Shown here piece by piece: positions 1 through 12,693 of a DNA stretch of 64,000 bases. The translations under genes were made by a program, and so were the position numbers. The stretch lies in NCBI RefSeq assembly GCF_016432865.1, contig NC_067401.1, positions 41,230,001 to 41,294,000 of the forward strand. The letters are read 5' to 3'. The notes below the pieces were generated by a model that was given only the letters and a program-made list of their open reading frames with translations, had not been told where the DNA came from and did not search any database. The DNA is from Antechinus flavipes. Taxonomy: Eukaryota. Within the stretch, counting starts at the first letter, position 1; every line of letters begins with the position of its first letter.

Positions 1-139
1 TCTGCCCTTTAACCTAAGACTGAGGGAGGGGAGGGGAGGCCAGTCCTTTGTCCATTTCAGTTTGAGACCACCACCCACCCCTTTAGGGGTACCCCACAGG
101 AGAAAGTTCTAGGTTACATGAGGAAGTCACTGGGACCGC

Positions 140-2085
<1,946 letters not shown>

Positions 2086-2167
2086 CAGCCCTGCTCAGAT
2101 GTTCCCTCCAGAGGATCAGTTTATCCACATCCAGCCTTGGAGTAAAGGGCCTGGGATGGGACTCTGA

Positions 2168-2173
2168 TTTATT
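2168..2173 (-). terminator. Candidate poly(A) signal (AATAAA on minus strand) for GNRHR2
   Basis: TTTATT on + strand; first canonical hexamer downstream of the GNRHR2 stop (2622) on the minus strand. Confidence 0.45.
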
Positions 2174-2206
2174 CTTCGCCTCCTTAAGTGTTTCTTTTGC
2201 GTTGTG

Positions 2207-2212
2207 AATAAA
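2207..2212 (+). terminator. Proximal poly(A) signal of RBM8A
   Basis: AATAAA 121 nt after the stop codon, followed by a T-rich downstream element (tttagttttcttttc). Confidence 0.7.
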
Positions 2213-2621
2213 CAGTTTAGTTTTCTTTTCTATATGTGAGAGTCAAACATATAAGGTAAAAAGCTAGGGAGGCAACACAGACTTTTTCTGACTCTTTTAA
2301 GTAGTAAAAACCCATTCTTCCAGCTAAGGGAGTGAAATGTGCTGTAACAATTAGGGGAATATCAGTGATATTCTCTCAAGTATTGAATTACTGAAGCCTA
2401 GAATGTTCTTATTCTTTCCCTTACTAGGGGTGGAAGAAGAATCTTCTCCACCCAGGTGACTCTTTTGTGCCCTCCATATTTTCTGTTTGGCTGGGGTAGG
2501 TGGTTGAGGAATGGGAGTGGCTATAGGGATATGGTAGGGATTAAAAAAAAAAAGTTAACTTTTTAAAATTTTGTGGTTGGAAGCCTGGGGATAGAGTGAA
2601 GAAAAAGGATCTCAGCAAGAG

Positions 2622-5600
2622 TTATAGAGATGTCTCCTCCATTTTTCCTGTCTTCCCACTAACCTCAGTGCTCACTTCCAGCTGCCTAGGTGCCTGGACT
2701 GCTTTTTGAGGGACTCTCCAAGAACTCCTTTGCCCCCGGGAAGAATCTATAACAAGTTCCTGGTGCCCTTTCCTACAGCCAAGGGTAAAGGCCCCATAGA
2801 GTAAAGGGTCCAGGGGAGCATTGAGGAGACCAAAGAGAAACAGAATGTGGCTGAGACTGGGAGGGACGTTGCTTAGCATGCTGGGAGAGAACCAGTACCA
2901 CAGACCCAGCAGGTAGTAAGGTGTCCAACAGATAACGAAGGTCAGCAGGACAAGTAAGGATAGTCGAAGGGCCCGAAGCCGAACACGGGGACGATTGTCA
3001 AAGGAACGGCGAAGATCGAACTGACCAGCAGGGGCTGGGGAGTTAGAGATGAATAATTGTCAATTCCCTTTCTAGGCACTAGGTGAGCATGAGGCAAGCT
3101 GATGGAAAGAGGCAGATGGATAGATGTATATTGCAGTTCTTTTTGAAGCTCATATGAATACTATTGTCCTTGTACATGCACAAACACCTCACTGAGGGTA
3201 TGAATCACCTTTCCAGATGGAGTTTAGAGAGGTGACACATGCTGAGGGAGGGACTTCAGGCCAGAGTATGGGGTACTGCTTTAGAATATAAAGTTATCCA
3301 TCCAGCCCCAATCTTTTCCCCCTCCATTCTAACCCTTATCCAGGGTCAATGGAGATGGTGGTGGGTGACATGTATCATCACCTGCTAAAACCCTGTGACC
3401 TTGGTTTCAAAGGACCAGATACAATTAGGCCTTTTTGGACTTGACTGATTTCCCCCATAGCAATGGGCTGGAGTGAAATAGTACTTTTGTGATAAGGATC
3501 TCACTATGAGCTAAAGGCAGGGAGATTTTCATGGTGGAGATTGGGAAATGAGGATCAGGCTCTAGGAATTGGAGTCTCACCATGCTCCCTTTTCCCTGTT
3601 CGATGCCTGGACACACTGAATACAATCCGGCCATAGCAGATGGCCATGGCTATCAGAGGTATCAGGAAGAGCCCACAGAAGGTGAAGAGGTTATAGGCGA
3701 TTTCTTGCCATCGGGCCTTGAAGCTTCCTTTGGTGACACACTGAATGAAGGGGACTGGGCCAGCACGGCGGACAGTATGAAACAGGAACAGCTGAAATGG
3801 GTGGAGTACAAAACAAGAGACTTCCACCTTCTTAGGTCATAAGATTCCCCACTGCCACCCCCCTCACCCGACCACACAGGGGCAGTGTTGGTTAGGGCAA
3901 CAATATCCATGATGCCAATCACAACAGAAACTAGCTGGAGTATAACCATCTATTTAAGAGGCTTGTGTGTGCATAAACTTAGCTGTATTATTTTAATACC
4001 ATCTGACCCTATGAGGAAGACTTTTTTTTTCTTTTTAGCCATCTAGCCAACAACCCATGGTGCTAATATTCACTGTGTGGACAAAATAAACTCTGTTTGA
4101 ACAAGAAATATTGTATAAAGGGTGCTGTTCAGAAACCCACTTAAACAGTTGATCTATTCACCAAGATGTTTGAGCAAGAACTTGTCTATTGTAAATATTG
4201 AAAGTATTAATAAAAATTGACATTTAAAAAAATGCTGTGTTGGCTTATTTGCATGTTTTTGTTTGGAGACTCCAGGGTTGTTGGCTTTCACCCCAGCAAC
4301 TGGAAACAAAAGTACCTGCCACTTAAAGGAATGATTTAAGTCATGTTTGGAGGTAGTTTCAGCAGAAAGGGAGGAAATATCACATAGAGGAGGATAGTCA
4401 GTAGCTGAAGTGTTATCAATTGCTTGGAACTTTGACCTATTCTGAGCTGACTGGATATGGAGAAGTAGAAAAATGTTAAAGTCATGATGGGACACTGGAC
4501 CAGGGATCAGAAGACAGAATTTCCATTCTGTCTCTACAAGTTAATATCCAAATTTGTTCAAATGCTAACCCAGCCTCTAACACTTAATTGGCCCCCAGCA
4601 AGTCACAACCTCTCTGCCTCAGATGTAAAATGATAATAGCTATAAACGAGTATGTCCATCTCCCCTCCTGCCCATATAAACCTTTGGACAGATCGGAACC
4701 TCTCAGATTGTTGAATGTAAAATGAGACCAATACCTGTACCTTCTAGCTCATGGGGTTTAAAAGGAAAGTAAATTGTAAATGGATATGTAATATCAACTT
4801 TTTAAAAAATCACCAAATCATTTCCCTCAAAACAACTGAAATAAGTAGCACAAGTTAATAACACTTGCCCATAATCTCAATGGCATAGCTGAGAAGAAAA
4901 TTAAGAGTTGACTCAGACCAGCAAACTAAAACCTAGGCTATTTACAGGACAGTTCTAGGCATTAAATTATATAATCAATGCGAAAACAAACCTAAAAATG
5001 GATTATTCTTTTTTCCCCTGAGCATTTAGTTTTCTTATTCTGCTTTCTGAAAAAGTTCAAAAAATACCCTTAAAAGAGGAAAGAATGGGGAGAGTCAAAT
5101 GATCAGAGATCTAACCCTTCAATAAGTTGAAAATGAAAACCCACAAGTTTTACAAACTATATTAGTTTCTTCTATAGCTGCCAATGGGTATGTAGAAAAT
5201 TATTTGGGGTAAATCTGAATGAACTCATGTTTAACCCTTCTCTATGTTCTAAGAGTAGATCAAGGCTCCAAGCAATCCATAGCAACTAGATTTGCCCACT
5301 GTCCTAGGATTTTTAGTCTTTCCTCTGCACAATGAACAGATTCATATAATCCTATAGCAGGAAGGGACTTTAGAGACTAGGCTGACTCCTTCATTTTTTA
5401 GAGGACGCAATTCAGATCCAGAGATAAAGTGACTTACCCAAAGTCACATCAAGTTAGAAGAAATCTTTCAATACCTGCATAATCCCTTTTGCTGAACCCC
5501 CTTCTAAATGTTGCAGGCACCTGGAAACTTAATAAATGTAAGAAAGTAATCATTTTAATTACTTTTAACATGATATACATATTAAACTCTAAAACACCAA

Positions 5601-7318
5601 CACATTTTTAAATGTCAAATTTTATTTAAAAATTACTTTAAAACTTATAGCAAAAAAAAAAAAAAAACCCTCTAACAATTATCCAGGTACCTTGGAACTG
5701 ACAAAGCATCCCTTTTTGCTATTCTACTTCTACCTCTAAAATTACTATGATTGATTTGTCGATAATTACAGTACATAAGTTTGACTTTATAAAAAAGAAA
5801 AAACACTGCTCCTGTTGTAGCAATGGGTTTCTTTACAATTAAGGATTTATTTGGAATGCTGACTATTCAAAAGTAAAGTACTTGTCTTAAAGCCATAATT
5901 AGAATTGCTTTCAGTATTCCCATTATCCTTGCAAGATCTGAGATGCCACCTAGTTTCTAGATTTTGGAAATTAGTGACTTTTAATGATTTTGTAGATTTA
6001 AATCCCTTTACCGCAGTAAAAATAGCACGTTTAGAATCAGAAAACTTGGATGTTTGTTCAGGCTTTTCATTTATTGGCTGTGTGAACTAGAGGAAATCAA
6101 CTTAATACTTGTGAGCGTTACTTTCCCTTCTTGTAAAATGGGAAGATTCATTTAGCATGCATTTATTAATAAACATCAAATTCACCACCTAACTCAGTGC
6201 TGTTGTGAGATTCAAATAAGTATATAAAGTATTCTCTTAATCTTAAAGTGCAGTAATTGTAAATGAGGTTTTTTTTTCCTTCAGACTACTTCCAAAATGA
6301 AGAATCCTAACTTTTTTCTGGTCTGTCCGCAAGTAGAAGCTGGTTAACTAATTTTATTTATTTTAGCTAAAGGGTCTTTTTGCTTTGTTTAGTTTTCCCC
6401 CTCCCCCTAAAATTTTAAAGCTCCCAAGTTGATTTAAGATATCTTCAGAAGGGTCTGAAGCATTCAGGTTCAGCTATGCACCATAAATTTGCGTATCAAG
6501 ATTTCAATTAGCTTCCTTCCTTCACTTCACTTTCTTATTTCTAGCTGCTATAGCCGCTCCTCGTTACCGGCGGAGCTAGAGGGAAAGTGAGAGGAGAAAA
6601 AACGGGTTTCCTGAACTCACGCGAAGGTGAGAGAAAAATGATAAACCGACTTGAGCTGATAGACTTTCAAGAGGTGGGCGGGGCAACTCTGCGTGTCAAT
6701 TTTATGCAAATTGTGTGTAAATAAAAGCTGCGGAGCAAAGAGGCGGTAAGAGATCTTTTCCGCGAGTTCCCGAGGTAGATTAATACCTGGACTCCTTTGG
6801 TCACTCACCTGGGGCAGTGCAAGCAGAAAACTAAGCCCCCAGGCCGTCCCCAGCAGCTTTCGCCCACCCCCTCGGGGTCCAAGAGGATGGAGCACAGCAG
6901 CCTGGCGGTCAAGTCCAATGACCACAGGCAGAAAAGCAGCGGCGTACATGGCCAGCAGTTTCAGGAACATGAGTATTCGGCAAGCAACATCTCCGGCGAG
7001 CCACTGGACCGTGGCATTCCACGCAGCGTCCAGCGGCATGACCACGAAAGTGACCAGTAAGTCTGCAGCGGCTAAGTGGCCAAAAAGTCGGCGGACCGGA
7101 GAGGGGCGGAGTCGACTGGATCTCGGCCGTGTCACGGACCACAGCACCGCCAGATTCCCTGCAGCCGATGACAGGAACAGGGCAGCGGTCACTCCTACTC
7201 GGACCTTGGCCGCGGTTGAGAAGGTGGGAAGCGCAGACTCCTCCACCTCGACCCCCGTCCCCGCCCAGGCCTCCTCTCCCACAGAAGAGCCCCAGCCTGT
7301 GTCATTGCCCGTGGACAT
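2622..7318 (-). CDS. GNRHR2: Gonadotropin-releasing hormone II receptor (type II GnRH receptor, class A GPCR), intact, 377 aa
   Basis: Exons (minus) 7318-6809 (510 nt), 3791-3581 (211 nt), 3034-2622 (413 nt) = 1134 nt, GT-AG, no stop or frameshift. MSTGNDTGWG...LPTFSTAAKVRV, TM2 LAAADLLVTF, DRQ motif, CVTKGSF, CWTPYYLLGLWYWF, ECL3 VPPS, TM7 NAPLDPLLY and a 57-aa tail after DPLLY, which the mammalian type I receptor lacks. Confidence 0.96.
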
Positions 7319-8050
7319 AGCTGTAGGGGGAAAGCCGCCAACTCGCGCAGCCCATCCCTTCCAGGCCAGGGGCTGATGCCGGTCATCATGGTCTCCGACG
7401 GCATCCGTGGTCAGCCTCCGGGACCCTTTCCATCTTTGCCCCAGGGAGTTGTCGCGTGTCTCGCGCCACCCAGCTTTCCAGAACTCAGGGTCCACTTGTC
7501 CGACCCGCAAGGGGCTTCCCGGCTCCGCGGCCAGGACGGGCTGACCCAGAGGCTCTCCGATATCCAGTCCCGGGAATGCAGCTGTACAGCGCCCGCTCCA
7601 CTGCTGGAGGTCACTGCGGCTGCTGTTCAGCGCGCCAGCCTCTCGAGGCCCCGCCCCCATCCAGCCCCCGCCCCCTCGGTCCCGCCCCTCCCTTCCTGGG
7701 AGCAGTACATTTAAAGGCTGCGGCTGCTGCAGGGGCCCCCGGAATCGCTCTGGGAGTCGTTCCCGTCCCAGTGGCGCGGGAGAATCTGTGGGAATGACTG
7801 TGACTCCTGTCGTGCTTGACTCTCGGGGAGCAGCCGAAGTGAGGGCGGAGATGCCGGGCCCCGGCAGGTCCCCGCCCGGCATCAGCTCCGAGGGGCGGGG
7901 CCTCCGCGCGCTTTGCTTCGCTCCCCAGTTTGTCCCTCGCGCGGTGCCGTCGGGCTCTGCGGAGGTGGGCGTGGGAAGGGGAAAGGATCCTGGGCCCAAC
8001 CGGGCAGGACGAGGCCACAGAGCCAGTTAGTGGACCTTGGTGCCGCTGGG
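7319..8050. promoter_or_regulatory. Head-to-head (bidirectional) CpG-island promoter between GNRHR2 and PEX11B
   Basis: 732 nt between divergent ATGs; GC boxes at ~7649-7688 and ~7871; TATA-like TTTAAA at 7710-7715; CpG-rich from ~6800 to ~9060. Confidence 0.7.
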
Positions 8051-11000
8051 ATGGACGGCTGGGTCCGCTTCAGTGCTCAGAGCCAAGCCCGGGAGCGCCT
8101 GTGCAGGTGCGAGCGGGATCCGGTGGCGCGAGCGGGGGCAGACAGCTTTGCGGTCAGCTCGGGCTACGGGGGTCAGAAAGGGTCAGCCCCGGGTACGGAG
8201 GCCGGGAGAGACCGACCCCTAAGCGAGTGCGCGGGGCGAGTTGTGAGGGGATGAGTCGTTTCCGCCCGCAGGACAGATGGGGAAACTGAGGCATGGGTTG
8301 AGGGGAGGACAGAGACGGGTGGAGATTCCGATAACCAGGCTCCCCTCCGTGGGGGGCTCGGACCCTGCTCGTTGTGTGTGTGTGTGTGGTGTCTGTATGT
8401 GTGCGTGTGTATGGGTGGCTGCGCGGCGGGCTTCCATTCGGAACTGCCTGTTCGCTACCGGTCCTACTGTTCGCTGCTGGGCCTGGGGGGAGGGAGGGGG
8501 GAGGTGGTCTCGTGCCCATGTGATTCTGGAGGAGTTGGGGGCGGGGAGGAAGAAAGGAGCCGGCTCGGCCGCTGCGCAAGGGGCGGAGCGGGCTTCGGCT
8601 CGGGTCGTGGGAGGAGGGCGCCGCAGTCCCGCCCCGCCCCCGGGAGTCCCCAGTGCTACTGCTCTCTCCGCCCGCGGGCTGAGCACTCCCCTGCACCTCT
8701 CCATTGGAAGCGGGCTATCCCTCCCACGCCCTGCTTCCAGTGTCCATTTCCTTCTTCGCGACCAGCTCTCCACCCCCTTCCCTGTAACCTTCTCCAGTCC
8801 CCAGCCCCACCCCCCTCTCGTCTGCGCCCTGCGGGGCAGAACCGGGAAGCGGGTCGGAGTTGCCCGCCAGCCTCTCCCCACCCCTGCCCCTTTCTCCTTC
8901 CCCTAGGGCTGCCCAGTATGCCTGTTCCCTCCTCGGCCACGCGCTGCAGAAACACGGGGCAAGTCCTGAGCTCCAGAAGCAAATCCGGCAGTTGGAGGGC
9001 CATCTGAGCCTGGGCCGAAAGCGTGAGTGGCCCGTGCCCTCCTCGGGACAGGGGGACTGCTACCGACTTCCCTTCTCAGCCCCTCCCGGTGTTTTCACCC
9101 ATGATCTCTTTTTAAATGTTTTATTGAGACTTAAAAAAAAAAATCTTTGTCCCTAAGTGAATTTTTCATACGATTTCCTTGACCAAGCAAAACAAACCAT
9201 CACCTTCCGTTTTATTCCATTCCACCCTCGCTCAGAATCAGGCGGGCTCCTGTCAGTCCCTGATTAGAGTTTTAAGCTGTTCTGTACAATATGGATGAGG
9301 TTGATGTAGATACCAAATGTTGAGGAGTGTAGGCACCAGTTGTTGGGGTTCGGTCAAATCACAGCGGCCGCTCTCGTTGCCAACAGGTAGTTTTGTGATA
9401 AGAGATTACGGACAAAATGAAGAGATGAAATAGATTTGGGAGAGCTTATAGTCAGCAAGGAAGGGTTTTTAACCGTGACCATGGAAAAGATAAATTCCCC
9501 AGGGGAACTCAGATAACCTGGAGAAAGGGAATATGCCCCAAGGGGATATGCTGTTGGGGGGCAGCCTAAATTCGTAAAGAGTATTTAGCATCCCAAAAGA
9601 GGTAGTTAGCTATAGGGGAAAGATACCAACGGGGTTAGGCGGAGATGGCCTAGGCCAAGGGCAGATTTATGGGGGAGTGGCTCTGTAAGGTTGAGGTGCT
9701 CCCGGTCAGTGCCCTTCTCTGCTTGCCTTAGGGAGTGCTCTTATCAGTACTTAGGGCTCTCTCTGCCAACCCCACCTAGTTACTCAAGACCTCATCAAAT
9801 ATCATGTCAGTGACCTGACTTTATACTGTCTCAGTTCATGGGAGTCTTCCCAAGTTTGTCTAAATTCTTCATCTTTGATTTTGTTACAGTAAAGTAATGC
9901 TTTTTTGAAGTATTACATTCTTAACGTTGAGTTCAGCTATTCTCTCATCAGCAGTCTCATTTTCTTCCATTTTTTTTTTTGCTGCTACAAAAAAGTGCTG
10001 TTATAAATATTTTTGTATGAATGGAGTCTTCCCTCTGACTTTGACCTCTTTGGTATGTATATCTAGTCCTGGTATCACTGGATTAAAGGGCACATACGAG
10101 TTAGTGACTTGTTTGCTAGAATACCAAATTGTTTTCTCACACAGACCAGTTCAGAGCTCTACCAACAGTAGACTTGTGTGCCTGTCTTTTTACAAACGAT
10201 TTACCATTTTTGTCTTTTGTCACCTTTGCCACTCTGATTGTGAGATGACCCTATTTTTTAATTAGTCCTTCTTTCTCTTACTAAAGATTTGGAATACATA
10301 TATTCTTGTTGATAATTTGAATTTCTTCTTTTATAACTGCCTCTTCATATCCTTTGACCACTTATTTGTTGGGTAATGTTCTTCTGTATTTATATCAATT
10401 CCCTATTTATCTCCTGTATGCTACTTGTATCAGAGCTTTGTATTGCAAAGATTTTTTTATTCCAGTCAGTAGCTTCTCTTCTACTTTTAGCAATATTGTT
10501 CATGCAAAAACTTTTAAGTTTTATGTAATTGGAATGACCTACTTTAACTTTTATGATCACCTTTCTCCCTTGTTTGATTAAAAATGCTCTTCTAGCCATA
10601 GCTTTGCTCCCTTGTTCTTGTTTCACAGTCGAGGTGGCAGGAAACAAAGTACAAGCAGGAGATTGGAAGGAGAGGAATGGGGGAGGGGTTAAGCCTCTTA
10701 ATCAAAGGGAAATGGAGATACCATTAGAGTTTGAGGTTTTCAAAGATGAAGAAACTAAACTTGTCTGCCTCAGCCCTCTGCTTGCCCCTTGCTTTTGTCT
10801 AAACATTGCTTGCTCTCTGGCCCACTTGGTCCTCCATCTTGTTTTGTTTGCCCGTGGCTGTCTTGTTCATCTCTCTCCTTATTTGCTGCATGTGCCTCAC
10901 CTGTCTCATCTGTCCCTTTGCCCTTTTCCCATCCAGTTCTTCGCCTGGGTAACTCAGCAGATGCCCTCGAGTCAGCCAAACGGGCTGTGCATCTGTCAGA

Positions 11001-12693
11001 TGTCGTCCTTCGATTCTGCATCACTGTCAGCCATCTCAATCGAGCCCTGTACTTCGCCTGTGACAATGTCTTGTGGGCTGGAAAGGCTGGGTTGGCACCC
11101 CTTGTGGACCAGGAGAAGTGGGCCCAACGTTCATTCAGGTTAGAGACCCCTCTGCCCTTGAACTTCATCTCACTTGGGGACTCTCTAAGACCTTGGGAAA
11201 TAAGCCTTTGGTAAGAGCTGGCCACCCCAGACACCACATTTCGATTCTTCTACTCTGACACTGTGTGAAGGGGGAAGGTATAGGGAACTGGACTCATGAG
11301 TCTGAAGCCTTGGATTCAAATCCTGCTGTGACTGTTACTGACTACAACTGTGTACAAATCACCGGATCTCTTTGAACCACAGCTTCTTCAACTGTAAAAA
11401 CAGGGACAATAATACTGTTTACTTAAAAGGATTTTTTATGAGATTGAAAAAAGATAATATGTATAAAGTTCTTTTCAATATGAGGCAATGCCTAAAATGT
11501 CTACTATTATGAAATATAAGACAGTCGGTTTTATGGCACCTCGAAGTGACCTTGAGTCTGGAAAACTTGGATATGAATGTGGCCTGTGACACACTGGTTG
11601 TGTGACCCAGGCTCTGCAGGTTACCACTCAGTGCTTAGGCTGCTCTGTAAGGTAGAAGTTGTAGAGAAGAGGCAGATCTACATTGATCTTCACTACAATG
11701 ATTTTTTTAAACTGATGAAATCCGAGATTGAGTCAAAAAATGGGGGTAGTGTAGTTTGGTTATGATATTGCCCTTTGCCTTTCATTTCTCACTGTCCCTG
11801 TCCTCAATCTCTGGTCTCAATTGTTTCCACATGTCTCCCTTTCACCTTATTCCTTCTCTCTTCTCAGACTTCTAGTTATTAGCCAATGTAGAGACTGAGT
11901 GTGGAAGTGCCAGTAAGAATCTCTATTTTTGATATAGCACTGTACCAAATGCTGTTGAATAAGATACAAGAAGGGATGAAGTCCTTCACCTTAAGGTTTT
12001 TAATTCAGTTATGTCAACATCTGTTAAAGACCTATAAATTTTGATAGCAGTGAGCCAAATTAGGTGAGATTATTATTGAAGTTTTCTTAATTTGGAGTAA
12101 GGTTTTAAAAGTAGAGAGGAACTTGAATTAGTACTGAAAGAGAAAGAAAACATTCCATAATGGGGAAAAGGCATATGTTTAGGGAATTGTCTGATTTGAT
12201 TTTCTTGCAAATTAAGAGAAGTTTACTACCTGCTCCCTGGGACACTGAGATCTGATTTCCCTCCATCTTACTGATCCTTTCTATCCTGTGCTTCTGTTTC
12301 AGGTATTACTTATTTTCCCTCATCATGAATTTGAGCCGTGATGCCTATGAGATTCGACTACTAATGGAGCAGGAGTCTTCGGCTTGTTGGCGTCGACCGA
12401 AGGTGTCGACAGCAGGAAACCTGGGAGGTGGCGAATCCGGGGGTGACCCAAGAGGCAGTCTGCCCCATCTGGCCCTGCAGCTTCGGCTTCGAGTTCTTCT
12501 CCTCGCCCGGGTGCTACGAGGCCATCCCCCCCTCCTGCTGGATGTGGTCAGAAATACTTGCGATCTCTTCATCCCACTGGACAAGCTGGGCCTGTGGCGT
12601 TGTGGCCCTGGAGTTGTGGGGCTCTGTGGTCTGGTGTCTTCCATCTTATCTATCCTTACTCTACTCTGTCCCTGGCTCCGACTCAAGCCCTAA
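8051..12693 (+). CDS. PEX11B: Peroxisomal membrane protein 11B, 254 aa
   Basis: Exons 8051-8106, 8907-9022, 10937-11138, 12303-12693 (765 nt), [37 protein letters not shown]...[50 protein letters not shown]...[28 protein letters not shown]...[17 protein letters not shown]...PWLRLKP*. Confidence 0.97.
9305..9888. mobile_element. Possible solo LTR in PEX11B intron 2
   Basis: ~580-bp non-coding block bounded by TGTA...TACA inverted termini, compositionally distinct from its flanks; TSD only 3/5 (gttga/gtaaa). Confidence 0.35.
9900..10580 (-). mobile_element. Degraded L1 3' fragment
   Basis: T-rich L1-like text (e.g. gctgttataaatatttttgta, catatcctttgaccacttat) also seen in the copy at 37150-38240; boundaries approximate. 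Confidence 0.55.

Noticed and set aside
4154-4495. 113-aa minus-strand ORF in GNRHR2 intron 1
   Set aside because: No similarity to anything I recognise and no splice context; looks like UTR or intron.
8154-9007. Several 180-220 aa overlapping ORFs in PEX11B intron 1
   Set aside because: Low-complexity products of a CpG island and a (TG)n run.
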